DNA of 64,000 bases from assembly GCF_009914755.1 (NCBI RefSeq), contig NC_060938.1. One strand, written 5' to 3'. Both the position numbers and the translations under genes were made by a program. Shown here one piece after another: positions 1 to 13,899 of this stretch (positions within the stretch are counted from its first letter, which is position 1; each line of letters opens with the position of its first letter). The stretch comes from the human T2T-CHM13v2.0 reference genome, Homo sapiens. The notes beneath the pieces were generated by a model that saw only the letters and a list, made by a program, of their open reading frames with translations, ran no database searches and was not told the origin of the DNA.

Positions 1-2110
1 AGCATTTTCATTGGAAAGGTTGCCACAAGGCATGTTAAACAGTCCAACAATTTGCCAGACTTATGTAGGGCAAGCAATTGAACCTACTCATAAAAAATAT
101 TCATGTGTTACATTATTCATTATATAGACAATATACTTTGTGCTGCCCCCACTTGAGAAATATTACTCCAATGTTATGATCACATGCAAAATTTGATTTC
201 TCATGCTGGTTTAATTATAGCTCCTGACAAAATTCATACTACTAATCCTTACTCCTAATTGGGGACCTTAGTTAATGACATTACCATTGTGCCACAGAAA
301 GTAGCCATATATAGGGATCAGTTGAAAGTGTTAAATGACTTTCAAAAATTACTAGGGGACATTAATTGGATACCACCTGCTCTAGGTATTCCTACCTCTG
401 CCATGAGTAATCTATTTTCTATCCTTAAAGGAGATCCTAGTCTCACTAGCCCTCGACAATTAATAAAAGAAGCTGAAGTAGAGCTGCAGCTAATCAAAAA
501 GCAAGTCCGTAAAGCTCAAATAAATACAATAGATCCAGAGAAGACTCTAGATTTGCTAATTTTTCCAACTCAGCATTCACCTTCTGGTGTTACTGTCCAA
601 GAGCAGGACTTAGTAAAGTAGCTTTTTCTTCCACATACTAATTCACAGACTCTAACTCCTTGTTTGGATCAAATTGCTACTATGATAGAACATAGGAGAA
701 CTCAGATTGTTAAATTACATGAATATGATCCTGGAAAAGTTATTGTCACTCTCACAAAGGCACAAATACAGCAAGCTTTTGTAAATAGTCTTACTTGGCA
801 AACCCGTTTAGCTCACTTTGTGGGTATTCTCGATAATCATTTTCCTAAAATGAAACTGTTTCAATTTTTGAAATTAACTAGTTGGATTCTCCCTAAAATA
901 ACTAAATTTAAACCAATTGAAGGTGCTGGGAATGTTTTTACACTTGGGTCTAGTAATGGTAAAGCTTCTTATTCCGGATGAAAAGGTAAAGTTTTCCAGA
1001 CACCCTATACTTCAGCTCAAAAAGCGAAGCTTGTAGCTGTAATTGAGGTATTGACTGCTTTTAATATGCCTATTAATGTGATTTCTGATATTTCATAGAT
1101 GGTTCATGCCACACAATTAATTGAAAATGCTCAGTTACGATTTCATACAGATGAACAACTGATGACTTTATTTACCCAATTGCAAACAGCAGTTAGGAGT
1201 AGAATGCACCCTTTATACATCACTCACATTAGGGCTCATACACCCCTTCCAGAACCTTTAACTGAAGGGAATCAAATGGCTGATCGCCTAGTTGCTAATG
1301 CAATATCTAATGCTAGACAAGTTCACAATTTAACCCATGTTAATGCCTCTGGTCTCAAATGCAGATACAGCATTACCTGGAAAGAAGCTAAAGCTATTAT
1401 CCAGTGATGCCCAACTTGCCAAATGGTGCATTCCTCATCTTTTACTGGAGGAGTTAATCCTCAAGGACTGGAACCTAATTCTCGTTGGCAAATGGATGTC
1501 ACACATGTTCCATCATTTGGGAGACTAGCTTATGTACATGTATGTGTGGACACCTTTTCTCACTTCATCTGGGCTACATGCCAATCAGGAGAGTCTTATG
1601 GCTGTGTTAAATGTTACCTTTTGCAGTGTTTTGCTGTGATGGGCATTCCAGCTTCTATTAAAACAGATAATGCCCCAGGCTATACTAGCCAAGCTTTAGC
1701 TACATTTTGCTCTATATGAAATATTAAACACATTACTGGTATCCCATATAATTCTCAAGGAGAAGCCATAGTGGAAAGAATGAATCTCTCTGAAACAGCA
1801 GTTGCAAAAGCAGAGGGGGGAAAACAGGGACTAAGGGACACCCCATATGCAATTGAATCTAGCATTATTAACTTTAAATTTTTTGAGCCTGCCTAAAGGC
1901 CAGATATTATCAGCAGCTGAACAGCATCTACAGAAACCAGCTGCAAAGACAGAAGCAGAACAACTGGTTTGGTGGAGAGATCCAATAACAAAAAGTTGGG
2001 AAATATGTAAAATAATAACTTGGGGTAGAGGTTATGCTTGTGTTTCTCCAGGACTGAATCAATAGCCGATTTGGATACCATCAAGATATCTGAAACCTTA
2101 TCAGGAGCCA
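1..2110 (+). pseudogene. pol: HERV-K(HML-3)/HERVK9 pol remnant (RT thumb, RNase H, integrase); multiple stops and frameshifts; truncated by window start
   Basis: ORF fragments carry betaretroviral motifs: [13 protein letters not shown] (RT), HIRAHTPLP..GNQMAD (RNase H), HNLTH and [21 protein letters not shown] (integrase), WGRGYACV (integrase C-terminus). Confidence 0.93.
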
Positions 2111-3210
2111 GATGCCAAGGAAGAGATTTTGGGAGGATCCCAAGGACCCCTCAGTTGCAGCCATGTTGAGACTGATGCAGGAGGACCCCAACTGTCACAA
2201 GCAACACCTGTCAAACACAGCCACCTACTTGGGGACAGATCAAGAAGCTGTCACAGATGGCAGAAGAAAACCTGAGGAAAGCGGGACAACCAGTCACAAT
2301 GAGTAATTTAATGGTAGCTATGATACTGGTGATCACCATTGCTATGAGTATTCCTTCAACAAGGACTGACACAGAGAACAATCATACTTATTGGGCACAT
2401 TTGTCAATCTTGGCTGGCAATAATGCCTGGATGTAATCACTCTATGACACAGTTACACATGCTTTCTGATATCAGCATTTATCATAATGAATCTGCTCCT
2501 ACAATTAAGGCAAACTGCCCTCAAAAACCTATTTGTAAACAGGATTGGACCTGGCCAGAAAAAATGAATGTACTTGTTAAGGAAGATTGCATTGCAGAAC
2601 AGGCAGAGGTGCTGCGCAATGATTCCTATGGAATCATTATTGATTGGCCCCCTAAGGGGATGTTTAGCTTGAATTGCACCTCTCAGTCGGCATGCCACAG
2701 CCACACCGTGTTCAGCTGGTCTGAACAAAATGGTCAGATGGTAGAAATGGTAAGAAGTATGGCAAGAGTTCCTATTATCTGGAAACATGGCAGTACAGTG
2801 GCACCTCAACCTCAAATGATATGGCCAGTTGTAGGAGCTAAACATAAGGCTTTGTGGAAACTATTAATAGCTCTTAACAAGATCAAAATTTGGGAAAGAA
2901 TAAAAAAGCATCTATAAGGACACTCTACAAACTTGTCTTTGGATATTGCAAAATTAAAAGAACAAATATTTAAAGCATCTCAGGCACACCTGACCTTAAT
3001 GTCAGGAACTGGAGTGCTTGAAGGAGCTGCAGACAGATTAGCAGCTAGTAACCCATTGAAATGGATAAAAACACTTGGAAGCTCTGTGATTTCAATGATG
3101 ATTGTGCTTTTAATCTGTGTTGTTTGTCTTTGTATAGTCTGCAGATGCAGATCCACACTCCTGTGACAAAGCTGCCTTTGTTTCACTTTGCAAAACAAAG
3201 AAGGGGGACA
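2110..3210 (+). pseudogene. env: HML-3 env remnant, internally deleted (SU fragment plus TM C-terminus), followed by polypurine tract
   Basis: ORF 2423-2917 (IIDWPPKG, PQPQMIWP..LWKL) and ORF 2933-3166 (SLDIAKLKEQIFKASQAHL..NPLKWIKTLGS plus hydrophobic anchor). Polypurine tract AAAGAAGGGGGACA precedes the LTR. Confidence 0.88.
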
Positions 3211-3678
3211 TGCTGGGAGCAGGACCCCAAAACTGGAAACAAGCAAAATCTCTGCAGCACTGTGACAGGTTCATGGTGTCCATGACACCCACATTGAAGG
3301 TTGTGGGTTTACCGGAATTAAGACAAGGAACACCTGGCCCACCCAGGCCAGAAAACCACTTAAAGGTGTTCTTAAACCACAAACAATAGCATGAGCAATC
3401 TGTGCCTTAAGGACATGTTCCTGCTGCAGATAAATAGCCACACCCATCCCTTTATTTCCCATAAGGAATACTTTCAGTTAGTCTATAATCTATGGAAACA
3501 ATGTTTATCACTGGCTTGCTGTCAATAAATATGTGGGTAAATCTCTGTTCAAGGCTCTCAGCTCTGAAGGCTGTGAGGCCCCTGATTTCCCACTCCACAC
3601 ACAATATTTCTGTGTGTGTGTCTTTAGCTTCTCTAGTGCCACTGGGTTAGGGTCTCCATGACTGAGCTGGTCTCAGCA
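3211..3678 (+). mobile_element. MER9 3' LTR of the HML-3 provirus
   Basis: Begins TG after the polypurine tract, contains AATAAA at about 3524, ends GAGCTGGTCTCAGCA; matches the recalled MER9 consensus. Confidence 0.9.
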
Positions 3679-5140
3679 AAATGGAGAAATGTTTCTACTA
3701 ATTAACAATTTTTCTAGTAATAAAACTTCAAATAGCAAAACTTCCAAATCTCCTTAATTAAAACACTTTATAATTTTGAGTCTCTTATAGAGGCCAAAAA
3801 TTTAAATGGAAACTTGTCAAAATAATTGCCATGTACTGCCAACTATTTGCAATAATCAAACAGAAAACATTTTTTGGCAATTTGCTGAAGCTATGAATTC
3901 TAGGTACAAAAGTTCCTCACAGAAAAACTAGGCATATCAGTTGGTGAATTTTGGTCCTACTAGGCTGGCAATGTTACATAGAAAAGCAGTATTAAGACTT
4001 GTTTTTGTTCAAACAGCTTCTTTAACATTGCACAGCTTTCATTCCATCTTAAATCAACAAGTTGAATGAGTAGACAAGGCAGTTCCAAATCCCTTGTATT
4101 CAGGTAGATTGAGATGAAGATTAAGGCAAGGGGCCCACTCTCTCACTGTCTACTTCTAATACTTCTGTTACCTTACTCTGTGCTATCATCACTGTCTGAA
4201 CACACAACCAAGCCTATGGCCAACACATCAGATGCTTGTGGCTCCCAAATAATCAATAGCCTCCATCATGGCTGTCATATTGTCATTGACAATTGCCTAA
4301 CACTTTTCTTCACTGACTTTCCATTATGTAAATATCTCCTCAGTTAGGTTTAATGTGATTTTAACTGTGTGAGACCCAGAAGGCTCTTGGCAGCCAAGTG
4401 AAATAGAAGCAGAGGTCAACAATAATCAACATTAATTCACCAAGTGGTCACACATGGCATGTCCAAATGTCAAATACAAAATACAGAATTAGGACATTGT
4501 AAACAACATGGAGAAGATTATAATTCAGGAAGTTTTTTTTCTGTCAATCTAGCAGATCAAAAATCCAACAGTTGTTTGCAGAAAAAGCAGCTTGTATCCT
4601 GGAGTATGCTATAGAGTATACCAAACTGATGTGCCTTGAGAGGCCAAGTATCTTTTATATGTGACCTGTTGTAAAGCTCCATCTATCCTTCTATTCCAGG
4701 ATAGATGCTGGAATTAGAGTGCATACAATAAAAATTGAGATACAAATGGAAATTTAAAGAGAAATTTTCTAACTTTCAAAGCCAATTGCATCTATCCATT
4801 GCCACATTTCTAGATCAGGATATAAGTACAAAACTTTTGATAAAGTTTTGATAAACCATCCAATGCCTATCTGCCCACCTATCCCCCAAAAAAAGAAAAA
4901 GAAAGAAGGGCAGTGATATTAAGTCTCTTTCTAAATATATTTAAGCCTCGTTTAAAGGAAGTGGTTTGCCTCAATGAAATTGCATTATCACCATCATTTA
5001 AGTTTTAATTGCAGAAACCAAAGATGAGTTAACTCTCTGCTTTAGGCAGTTACTATTAGAGAGGGAAAAAGACTTGGTAACTTAGTGTTAACATTACAAT
5101 CAGTAATTATCCCACACTGGCAGAGCTAGCCAAAATGCTT

Positions 5141-5191
<51 letters not shown>
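5141..5191. repeat. (CTA)n microsatellite, about 17 units
   Basis: Perfect CTA run seen directly. Confidence 0.97.
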
Positions 5192-5204
5192 AAATCTTCC
5201 ACTT

Positions 5205-5499
<295 letters not shown>

Positions 5500-5801
5500 A
5501 AAATCTTCCACTCTACTCACCTCAGTTAAAACCAGCAATGCCTTTAGTATTGCCAATGTGCAATATAGTGACCCTTGGAGCATTCCACAGCTGACAGTGC
5601 TGAGAAAATTGGGTTTCTGCTCAACAATGTCAAATTTCAAATATTTGACTACTAAAATTTTTCATAATAAAATTGAAAATTGAAATATTAACTGAAACTT
5701 TACACTTATTCTCATATCTCAGAAATTTAATCAAATGATGGTGCTATTTGGTGTTAGCCTTGGTTTTGGACAAACATTGATTTTAACATTCACCCATTTA
5801 G

Positions 5802-6200
<399 letters not shown>

Positions 6201-6294
6201 TAGTGAGATTTCATAAGGGAGCAAAAGTAAATACACATGATTAATTAGTATATACTATGTTTTTAAACCTTGTTGGTTTCCTTAAGAATATGAT

Positions 6295-6665
6295 TGTCTT
6301 AGTCAGTTTGGCTTCCTATAACAAATGTACCATAGACTGAGTGGCTTAAACCATAAACATTCATTTCTCACAGTTCTGGAGGCTTGGAAGTTCAAGCTCA
6401 AGGTACTGGCAGATGTGGTGTCTGGAGAGAGCCTGCTTCCTGATTTGCAGAAGGTCATCTTCTGGTTGTATCCTCACATGGCAGAGAAAAACAAGCTCTT
6501 CTGTCTCATCTTCTAGGGGCACAAGTCCTATTCACGAGGGCTCCATCCTTACGACCTAATTACCTCCCAGAGGTAATTACCTATGACCTAGTTACCTCTT
6601 ACTACCATCACATTGAGGATTTCAATATATGAATTTGGGGGAACACAAACATTCAGTCAACAACA
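6295..6665 (-). mobile_element. MaLR solo LTR (MLT1A-like)
   Basis: TGTCTTAGTC..CATAGACTGAGTGGCTTA..TTCTCACAGTTCTGGAGGC..GAATTTGGGGGAACACAAACATTCAGTC matches antisense MLT1A. Confidence 0.8.
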
Positions 6666-6862
6666 ATAATCATCATAATAGTTGACACATACACAGTGCC
6701 TCTTATGTTCCAGAAACTCTTTTGCATGCTTTACCTATAATAACTCTTCTAACACCTCAAGTGAGGAACTTGCCCACCTTAGCTCAGCTAGTAAGTAGAG
6801 CCAGGACTCAAACAAAGCATTTTGGCTCTGGAGTCTATACTTTTAATCATTAGACTACTGCT
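6666..6862 (-). mobile_element. MIR SINE
   Basis: Degenerate MIR core (TGAGGAACTTGCCC..CAGCTAGTAAG..AGAGCCAGGACTCAAAC). Confidence 0.6.
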
Positions 6863-7519
6863 TCCTGAACAGCTTAATTTGTCATTAAATAATTTTCTAC
6901 AATACTATTTTAGGTACTCTTTAGCATTCTATTACATGGATAAATAACTTATATTAAAAATCTCTCGTAATTGAACATCTAGGTCATTTCTATTTTTCCT
7001 CTATTAAGCAATGTTGACCTGAATGAAATTATAGCCTGTCTTTGTGCCACCTGATGATTTTCTTGCATTAAGGATGTGTATTTTAACCACAGCCACTTAG
7101 AAGTGTTATAAAATGTAGTACAACCCACCCCGCTGCCTTCAGAACAGGACGCAAACAAGGCTGTAGCTCTGTCTTGCTTGGACAATTCTCTACTGGCACC
7201 TACCAAGCTGCGAAGCTTCCTTCCTGTCTTGAGGTTTCACAGCCAGTTGCTTTAAATTCCCCCCAGTGTTCCTTGCCTTGCAGTGCTCACTACTAAGCAA
7301 CAAACACATGCACACAGAGACCACTTGTCTTAGTTCCACAAACTTCTCATATAGCAACGAGAGATGCTGGAGGTAATAAACTAGGTAACTTACAGGTTCA
7401 AAGCCTCACATTACTAACTGATGCTGGCTTCAAGCATTCTCGCCTTTCCTGAGCACTTCCTTATTCATCTCTTTCAGATGCTTTTCCATTTCCTGTGCTT
7501 TAACTGACACTCTTTTCTA

Positions 7520-7599
7520 TTAGGTTAAACCACAGGAAACTGCTGATACTCAGCCACTTTTAACCTACAAAAATTAAAATTACACCTGGTTCAACCTAA
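7520..7599. mobile_element. MADE2 mariner-derived MITE, 80 bp
   Basis: Terminal inverted repeats TTAGGTTAAACCA...TGGTTCAACCTAA; length and interior fit MADE2. Confidence 0.8.
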
Positions 7600-8218
7600 C
7601 GAGGTTGAGATGTTTATTTACCCATTGGGGAACATGGTAACAGTTTGTGATACTGTAAAGCTGTTCAAAACCTGTGAAAACCCTTCCTATCCTTGAGGAA
7701 TTATTTTAAATCTTCATCTCTATGGAGTAAATGCCAGAAACTCACCTTCCCAGGCTGCTCCAATCAGATACAAGATTTTCTACTCAGAAAAGAATGACAG
7801 GAAGAGCTATTCTGCCATTGAGGAGAGACAGGAATAGGGGTGGGAACTGGGCATGGGAGGGTTCTTGACCTGGGTGGTGGTTATATGGAAGCGTGGTCTG
7901 TGATAATTCTTTTCTATTCTGTGTTATTCTGGAACTTTAAAAAAGTTTTGGAAACTCAGTTGTGGCAAGGGTAGGGGTGAGACATTGAGCTACCAGTCTT
8001 GGTGGTGTCCGGATTCCTGTGTCAGCAGTGTGAGCTGCAGGATCTGTATCCAATGCTGCCCTCTGGCCTCCATGGAGCAGTCCTGTAGGCAATTTTGGCA
8101 TAGTTCTTGGTGTACAGTCTCCATCACTGTTTCTCTGGCTCTCCTGGAGTTTCTTTAAGATGCCAAATATCCTTTAGTAAACATTCTTTCTGCTCTAATT
8201 AGCTATAGAAGGTTCTTA

Positions 8219-8395
8219 TTTTGTTGTTGTTGTTTTGTTTTGTTTTAAGAAATAGGATCTCACTGTGTCACTCAGGCTGGAGAGCAGAGGTGCAATCAGA
8301 GCTCACTATAGCCTTGAACTCCTGGGCTCAAGTGATTCTCCCACTTCAGCCTCCTAAAGTGCTGGGATTACAGGCATGAGCCACTGCACCCTGCC
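8219..8395 (-). mobile_element. Alu monomer (FRAM/AluJ-like)
   Basis: Single antisense arm with a T-rich tail; flanks GGTTCTTATT and GGTTCTTGTT. Confidence 0.8.
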
Positions 8396-8712
8396 GGGTT
8401 CTTGTTCATGACTAGCATCTAAGAGCCCTAGCTGATAAAAGGGAATTCAGGTTCTGTTCAGGCTAGACCTTCACCTGACACTGAAAATGCTGTCCTCAAG
8501 GCCACCTGAATGCTGGCTCTGTGGAGTACTCTATGGTACTCCAGACTCTAGTGCTCCCTCTGTTCTACAATCAGAGCATGCAGGGCTGAAAGTATATACA
8601 GCATGCCCTGCTGCTTTCAGCTGACTATTATTAGCTTCTCTAAAAGTCAATTTTTTACATTAATCTCCACTACTTTCTCCTCTATAAACCCCTGTTCCCC
8701 AAGAAATACAAG

Positions 8713-8770
8713 CACACACACACAACCACCAGCAGCAGCAGCAGCAGCACCCCCATCACCACCACCACAA
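8713..8770. repeat. Compound (CA)n / (CAG)6 / (CCA)n simple repeat
   Basis: Seen directly. Confidence 0.85.
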
Positions 8771-8814
8771 CCTGGAATACCCAGGACTATGAAAAAGTCA
8801 TGACACACCACGTC

Positions 8815-8935
8815 TCACTAGAATGTAATCTTCATGGGCAGACTTGTCTATTTTGTTCAGTTCTCTATCACAGCATGTAGAATGGTGCCAGGCAGATATT
8901 AGGTACCCAGTAAATATCTGTTAAATGAATGAATA
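8815..8935 (+). mobile_element. L2 3' end fragment
   Basis: CTAGAATGTAA..TGTCTATTTTGTTCA..TGCCAGGCA..TAAATATCTGTTAAATGAATGAAT is the typical L2 terminus. Confidence 0.7.
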
Positions 8936-9696
8936 TCTTGCCCTAAAATACATCTATCCATTTGTTTATCAAACGAAGAACAAATGCTTATGGAGACATG
9001 GGCTCAGGCACTGGTGTGTGTATTAGGAAAGTCATGGCTCTGCCCATGAGCAGTTTGAAATGAGTTAACGTTACTAATGACCCCCACAATATATGTTTTG
9101 TCACTTCTGTGAGCCCAATTGGAGCTTCTTTTTAGTGAAGCTCTGGGGCAGTACAGGTAGGAGGTCTTCATAACCAAGAGGCAATGCCTTCCTGCTCTTC
9201 ATCTCAGTTTTAGGCCAAAGAGAAGGGAGCCAGTGACAACGTGAACTGGTAAATGAGATATCCAGGTATGTGCCCACCACTTTTGTCCAGGCTAATTCCC
9301 TGGCTAGATGGCTGGGAACCAACTTCAACCATGAATAAGGCAATATCAGGTGGCTAGACAGCAATCAGGTCCTCTCACTCCCCAGTGGCTCTTCTTCAGG
9401 CTTAGAATTAATCCCCAACTCCTCACCCTTTTACTAGCATAGCTATGAAGTTCCTAAACATGTTTAACAAAAAAATTTATAGATTAGAAAGACCAGAGAG
9501 AACTTGGCTCAAGATATTTTTCTGCATATAGTCAGAATATAAAAGCTCTGGGTGTATTCCTATTTGATTTTTAAAAAGATCAGCTTAATCAAACTGACAG
9601 TAGCTGAGAGAGAGAAAAAAAAGAGTATGAGATACTTAATAATGTGAGATATATTTAATAACTATCTGGCAGAAAAGTAAGTCTTATCAGGAAGCT

Positions 9697-10013
<317 letters not shown>

Positions 10014-10053
10014 TAAGACACCATCTGGAGCATGTGATCTGTTTTCAGTCTTC

Positions 10054-10223
10054 CAGAGGTGTATTTACTGTGACCCTAATGAAACTAAAGCCTTAGAGCC
10101 CCTTATTTACACAAGCACCTTTCAAATCTCTGTACCTAATTTTATATTTTTTAAATATGTTTTCTCAACGAAGGACACAAAGTTATTTAAGCGTTAGGCC
10201 CTACAAAATCAGGTCTGAATGTG
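10054..10223. mobile_element. MER53-like hAT MITE
   Basis: CAGAGGTGTATTTACTGTGA..TAATGAAACTAAAGC..GGCCCTACAAAA resembles MER53. Confidence 0.6.
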
Positions 10224-10448
10224 CATGCTCCATATGGAAAGAAGGACTAAAAATTAAATAGCCTTGACATAAATATTGGCCCTGACAAGGAACTATGTCC
10301 CTACATCCCAAATCTGCTTAGCTTTCTTCGCTCACGTTTGGGGTTAGATTGGATTGGTAGTGCATTGGTCTATTCTCACACTGCTAATAAAGACATATCC
10401 GAGACTGTGTAATTTGTAAAGGTAAGAGATTTAATGGACTCACAGTTC

Positions 10449-11104
10449 TGTGGCAAGCCAGGTCTCATTAATGCAAGCCACCGTAACAACTGTTTCAGTA
10501 CTGACTGAGTTGTTAAGTTAAATATTAAAAGCTAAAAGAGCCAGTGTCCTTATACAAAGGCTAGAATGTAACAAAAAGCCCACCAAGAGTTTTGCCTAGG
10601 CCTTTCCTCTGCCTTAAAGCATGATAAGATAACAAAGGAATTCTTAACAGGACCTGTTTAGGATTAAACAAGTTTTATTGGGGGTCTGAAGACACTTCCC
10701 AGGCCTCTGCAAACAAGTTTATTGCGGGTCTGAAGGAACTCCCCAAACCTCCATGATTTAGCAGGAGACAAGATAAGGGTAATCACCCCAGCACCTGGAC
10801 CCATTTAGATTAAGTAAATTTACTGAGGCTCCAGAGGAAAGTCTTCGGGACTCAGATCTTAGTTATAGATTAAAAGAAGTTAATCACTATGTCTTCAGAT
10901 GAATGCACACTTACATGTAGACATAAAGCTTAGAAGGTATATAATCTCTGGAAAACTAATTTTGAGTTGGTCTGGTGATATTTTCTGGGCCTTCTCCCTG
11001 TAACCTGTTACAGAAATAAAAACTCTGCCCTTTCCCCTTTCATCAGCATCTCATTATTGGGCCATGAGAATAAGCAGCCTGACCCTCAGTTTGGTCCAGG
11101 AACA
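10449..11104 (+). mobile_element. ERV1-class solo LTR (family not assigned) inserted in the THE1 LTR
   Basis: TG...CA ends, 4-bp TSD GTTC, TATATAA at about 10939 and AATAAA at about 11015; host LTR resumes exactly afterwards. Confidence 0.85.
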
Positions 11105-11149
11105 GTTCCACATGGCTGGGGAGGCCCCACAATCATGCTGGAAGGTGAA

Positions 11150-11502
11150 TGATATGGTTTTGCTGTGTATCCACCCAAATCTCAACTTGAATTGTATCTC
11201 CAAGAATTCCCACGTGTTGTGGGAGGGACCCGGAGCAGGTAATTGAATCATGGGGGCCAGCCTTTCCTGTGTCATTCTCATGATAGTGAATAAGTCTCAC
11301 GAGATCTGATGGGTTTATTAGGGGTTTCTACTTCTACTTCTTCCTCATTTTATCTTGCTGCTGCCATGTAAGAAGTGTCTTTCATCTCCCGCCATGATTC
11401 TGAGGCCTTCCCAGCCATGTGGAACTGTAAGTCCAATTAAACCTCTTTTTCTTCCCTGTCTCAGATATGTCTTTATCAGCAGCATGAAAACAGACTACTA
11501 TA
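11150..11502 (+). mobile_element. THE1A solo LTR inserted antiparallel into the THE1 LTR
   Basis: TGATATGGTTT..CTCAACTTGAATTGTATCTCC (THE1A-type); 5-bp TSD GTGAA. Confidence 0.88.
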
Positions 11503-13539
11503 GTGAATGAAGAGCAAAATTATGTCTTACATGGCAGCAGGCAAGTGGGTATGTGCAGGAGAACTCCCCTTTATAAAATCATCAAATCTCATGAGATGCA
11601 TTCACTATCATAAGAACAGCATAGAAAAAGCCCACCCCCAGATTCAATTACCTCCCACCAGGTCCCTCCTATGACATATGGGGATTATTACAATTCAAGG
11701 TGAGATTGGGGTGGGGACACAGAGCTAAACCATATTAATCTGCCCCTGGCCCCTCCAAATCTCATGTCCTCACATTTCAAAACCAGTCATGCCTTCCCAA
11801 CAGTCCCCCAAAGTCTTAACTCATTTCAGCATTAACTCAAAAGTCCATAGTCCAAAGTCTCATCTGAGACAAGACAAGTCCCTTCCACCTATGAGCCTCT
11901 AAAATCAAAAACATGTTAGTTACTTCCTAGATACAATGGAGTGGTACAAGCATTGGGTAAACACAGCCATTCCAAATGGGAGAAATTGGGCAAAATGAAG
12001 TGCCTTATGCAAGTCTGAAATCCAGCGGGGCACTCAAATTGTAAAGCTTCAAAATGATCTCTTTTGACTCCATGTCTCAAATCCAGGTCACGCTGATGCA
12101 AGAAGTGGGCTACCATGGCCTTGGGCAGCTCCACCTCTGTGGCTTTGCAGGGTACACCCCCCACTCCTGGCTGCTTTCCCATGTTAAGTGTCTGCAGCTC
12201 TTCCAGGTTCATGGTGCAAGTTATCAGTGGATCTACCATTCTGGGGTCTGAAGGATGGTGGCCCTCTTCTCACAGCTCCACTAGGCAGTGCCCCAGTGGG
12301 GACTCTGTGTGGGGGCTCCAACCCCACATTTCCCTTCTGCATTGCCCTAACAGAGGTTCTCCATGAGGGCTCTGCCCCCGCAGCAAACTTCTGCCTGGAC
12401 ATCCAGGCATTTCCATACATCCTCTGAAGTCTAGGCAGAGGTTACTAAACCTCAATTTTTGACTTCCACGCACCCACAGGTTCAATACCATGTGGAAGCT
12501 GCCAAGCTTTGGGCCTTGCACCCTCTGAAGCCATGGCCCCAGCTGTACCTTGGCCCCTTTTAGCCACAGCTGGAGTGGCTGGTACTCAGGGCGCCAAGTC
12601 CCTAGGCTGCACACAGCAGGGGGTCCTGGGCCCAGCCCACAAAATGATTTTTTCCACCTAGGCCTCCGGGCCTGTGATGGGAAGGGCTGCTGCAAAGGTC
12701 TCTGACACACCCTGGAGATATTTCCCCATTGCCTGGGTGATTAACATTCAGCTCCTTGCTACTTATGCAAATTTCTGCAGCAGGCTTGAATTTCTTCCCA
12801 GAAAGTTTTTTTCTTTACTATCACATTGTCTGGCTGCAAATTTTCCAAATTTTTATGTTCTGCTTTACCTTGAACACTTTGCCACTTAGAAATTTCTTCC
12901 ACCAGATACCCTAAATAATCTCTCTCAAATTCAAAGTTCCACAGATCTCTAGGGCAGGGGCAAAATGCCACTGATCTCTTTGCATAACAAGAGTGACCTT
13001 TACTCCAGTTCCTAGCAAGTTTCTCATCTTTATCTGAGACCACCTCAGCCTGGACCTTATTGTCCATATCACAATCAGCATTTTGGTCAAAGCCATTCAA
13101 CAGGTCTCTAGGAAGTTCCAATTCAACTCTAGGGAGTTACAATTCAAGGTGAGATTTGGGTGGGGACACAGAGTCAAACCATATCAGGTAGATTGGTTGG
13201 TGTCTTTATTAATCAAGCATAACACAAAAATGAGAATTTATGTAAATTTTAATTAGTCATTTGATGTGTTTTAGAAGCCATCATAAGATTATCAAAAAAA
13301 ATTTCAATAATACAAAATGACAACAGTATTTTTACTTTAGATATGAATTTGAGTATGTTATCAGTCTCAATGCATACCTCAGGATTTTGAAGTTTGAATT
13401 GGCTCTCTCATGAAATAAATTCTATGCATTGTTTTATTTTTTGACTTGGCAATAAATAATAGAGAAGACCCAGAAGAAGTTATTGGGAAGAAAGTTGCCT
13501 CCAGAGGTAGAGCTGGAGACCATTATTCTTCATGACTAT

Positions 13540-13899
13540 TGATATGGTTTGGCTCTGTGCGCCAACCCAAATCTCACCTTGAATTGTAATAATCCCCATG
13601 TGTCATAGGAGGGACTCAATGGGAGGTAATTAAATCATAGGGTTGAGTATTTCCCATGCTGTTCTTGTGATAGTGAATAAGTTTCATGAGGTCTGATAGT
13701 TTTATAAAGGCGAGTTCCACTGCACATGTCCACTTGCGTGCCGCTATGTAAGATGTAACTTTGCTCCTCATTCACTTTCCACCATGATTGTGAGGCCTCC
13801 CTAGCCATATGGAACTGTGAGTCCATTAAACCTCTTTCCTCTATAAATTACCTAGTCTCCGGTATGTCTTTATTAGCAACATGATAACAGATTAATACA
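13540..13899 (+). mobile_element. THE1 (C-like) solo LTR
   Basis: TGATATGGTTTGGC...ATTAATACA; TSD ACTAT/ATTAT. Confidence 0.88.

Larger units (their letters stand above)
10361..13186 (-). mobile_element. THE1 (C-like) MaLR element: interrupted 3' LTR at 10361-11737, internal region to about 13120, about 60-bp stub of 5' LTR
   Basis: 5-bp TSD GGTAG at 10356-10360 and 13187-13191. THE1-int ORF relics (MYGNAWMSRQKFAAGAEPSWRTS; ELPRDLLNGFDQNAD). Confidence 0.92.

Noticed and set aside
8603-8803. Poly-Ala/Pro ORF over the CAG repeat
   Set aside because: A short ORF produced by a simple repeat, with no exon context.
11916-13121. Multiple ORFs of 60-146 aa on both strands
   Set aside because: Fragments of the decayed THE1 internal ORF and its antisense frames.
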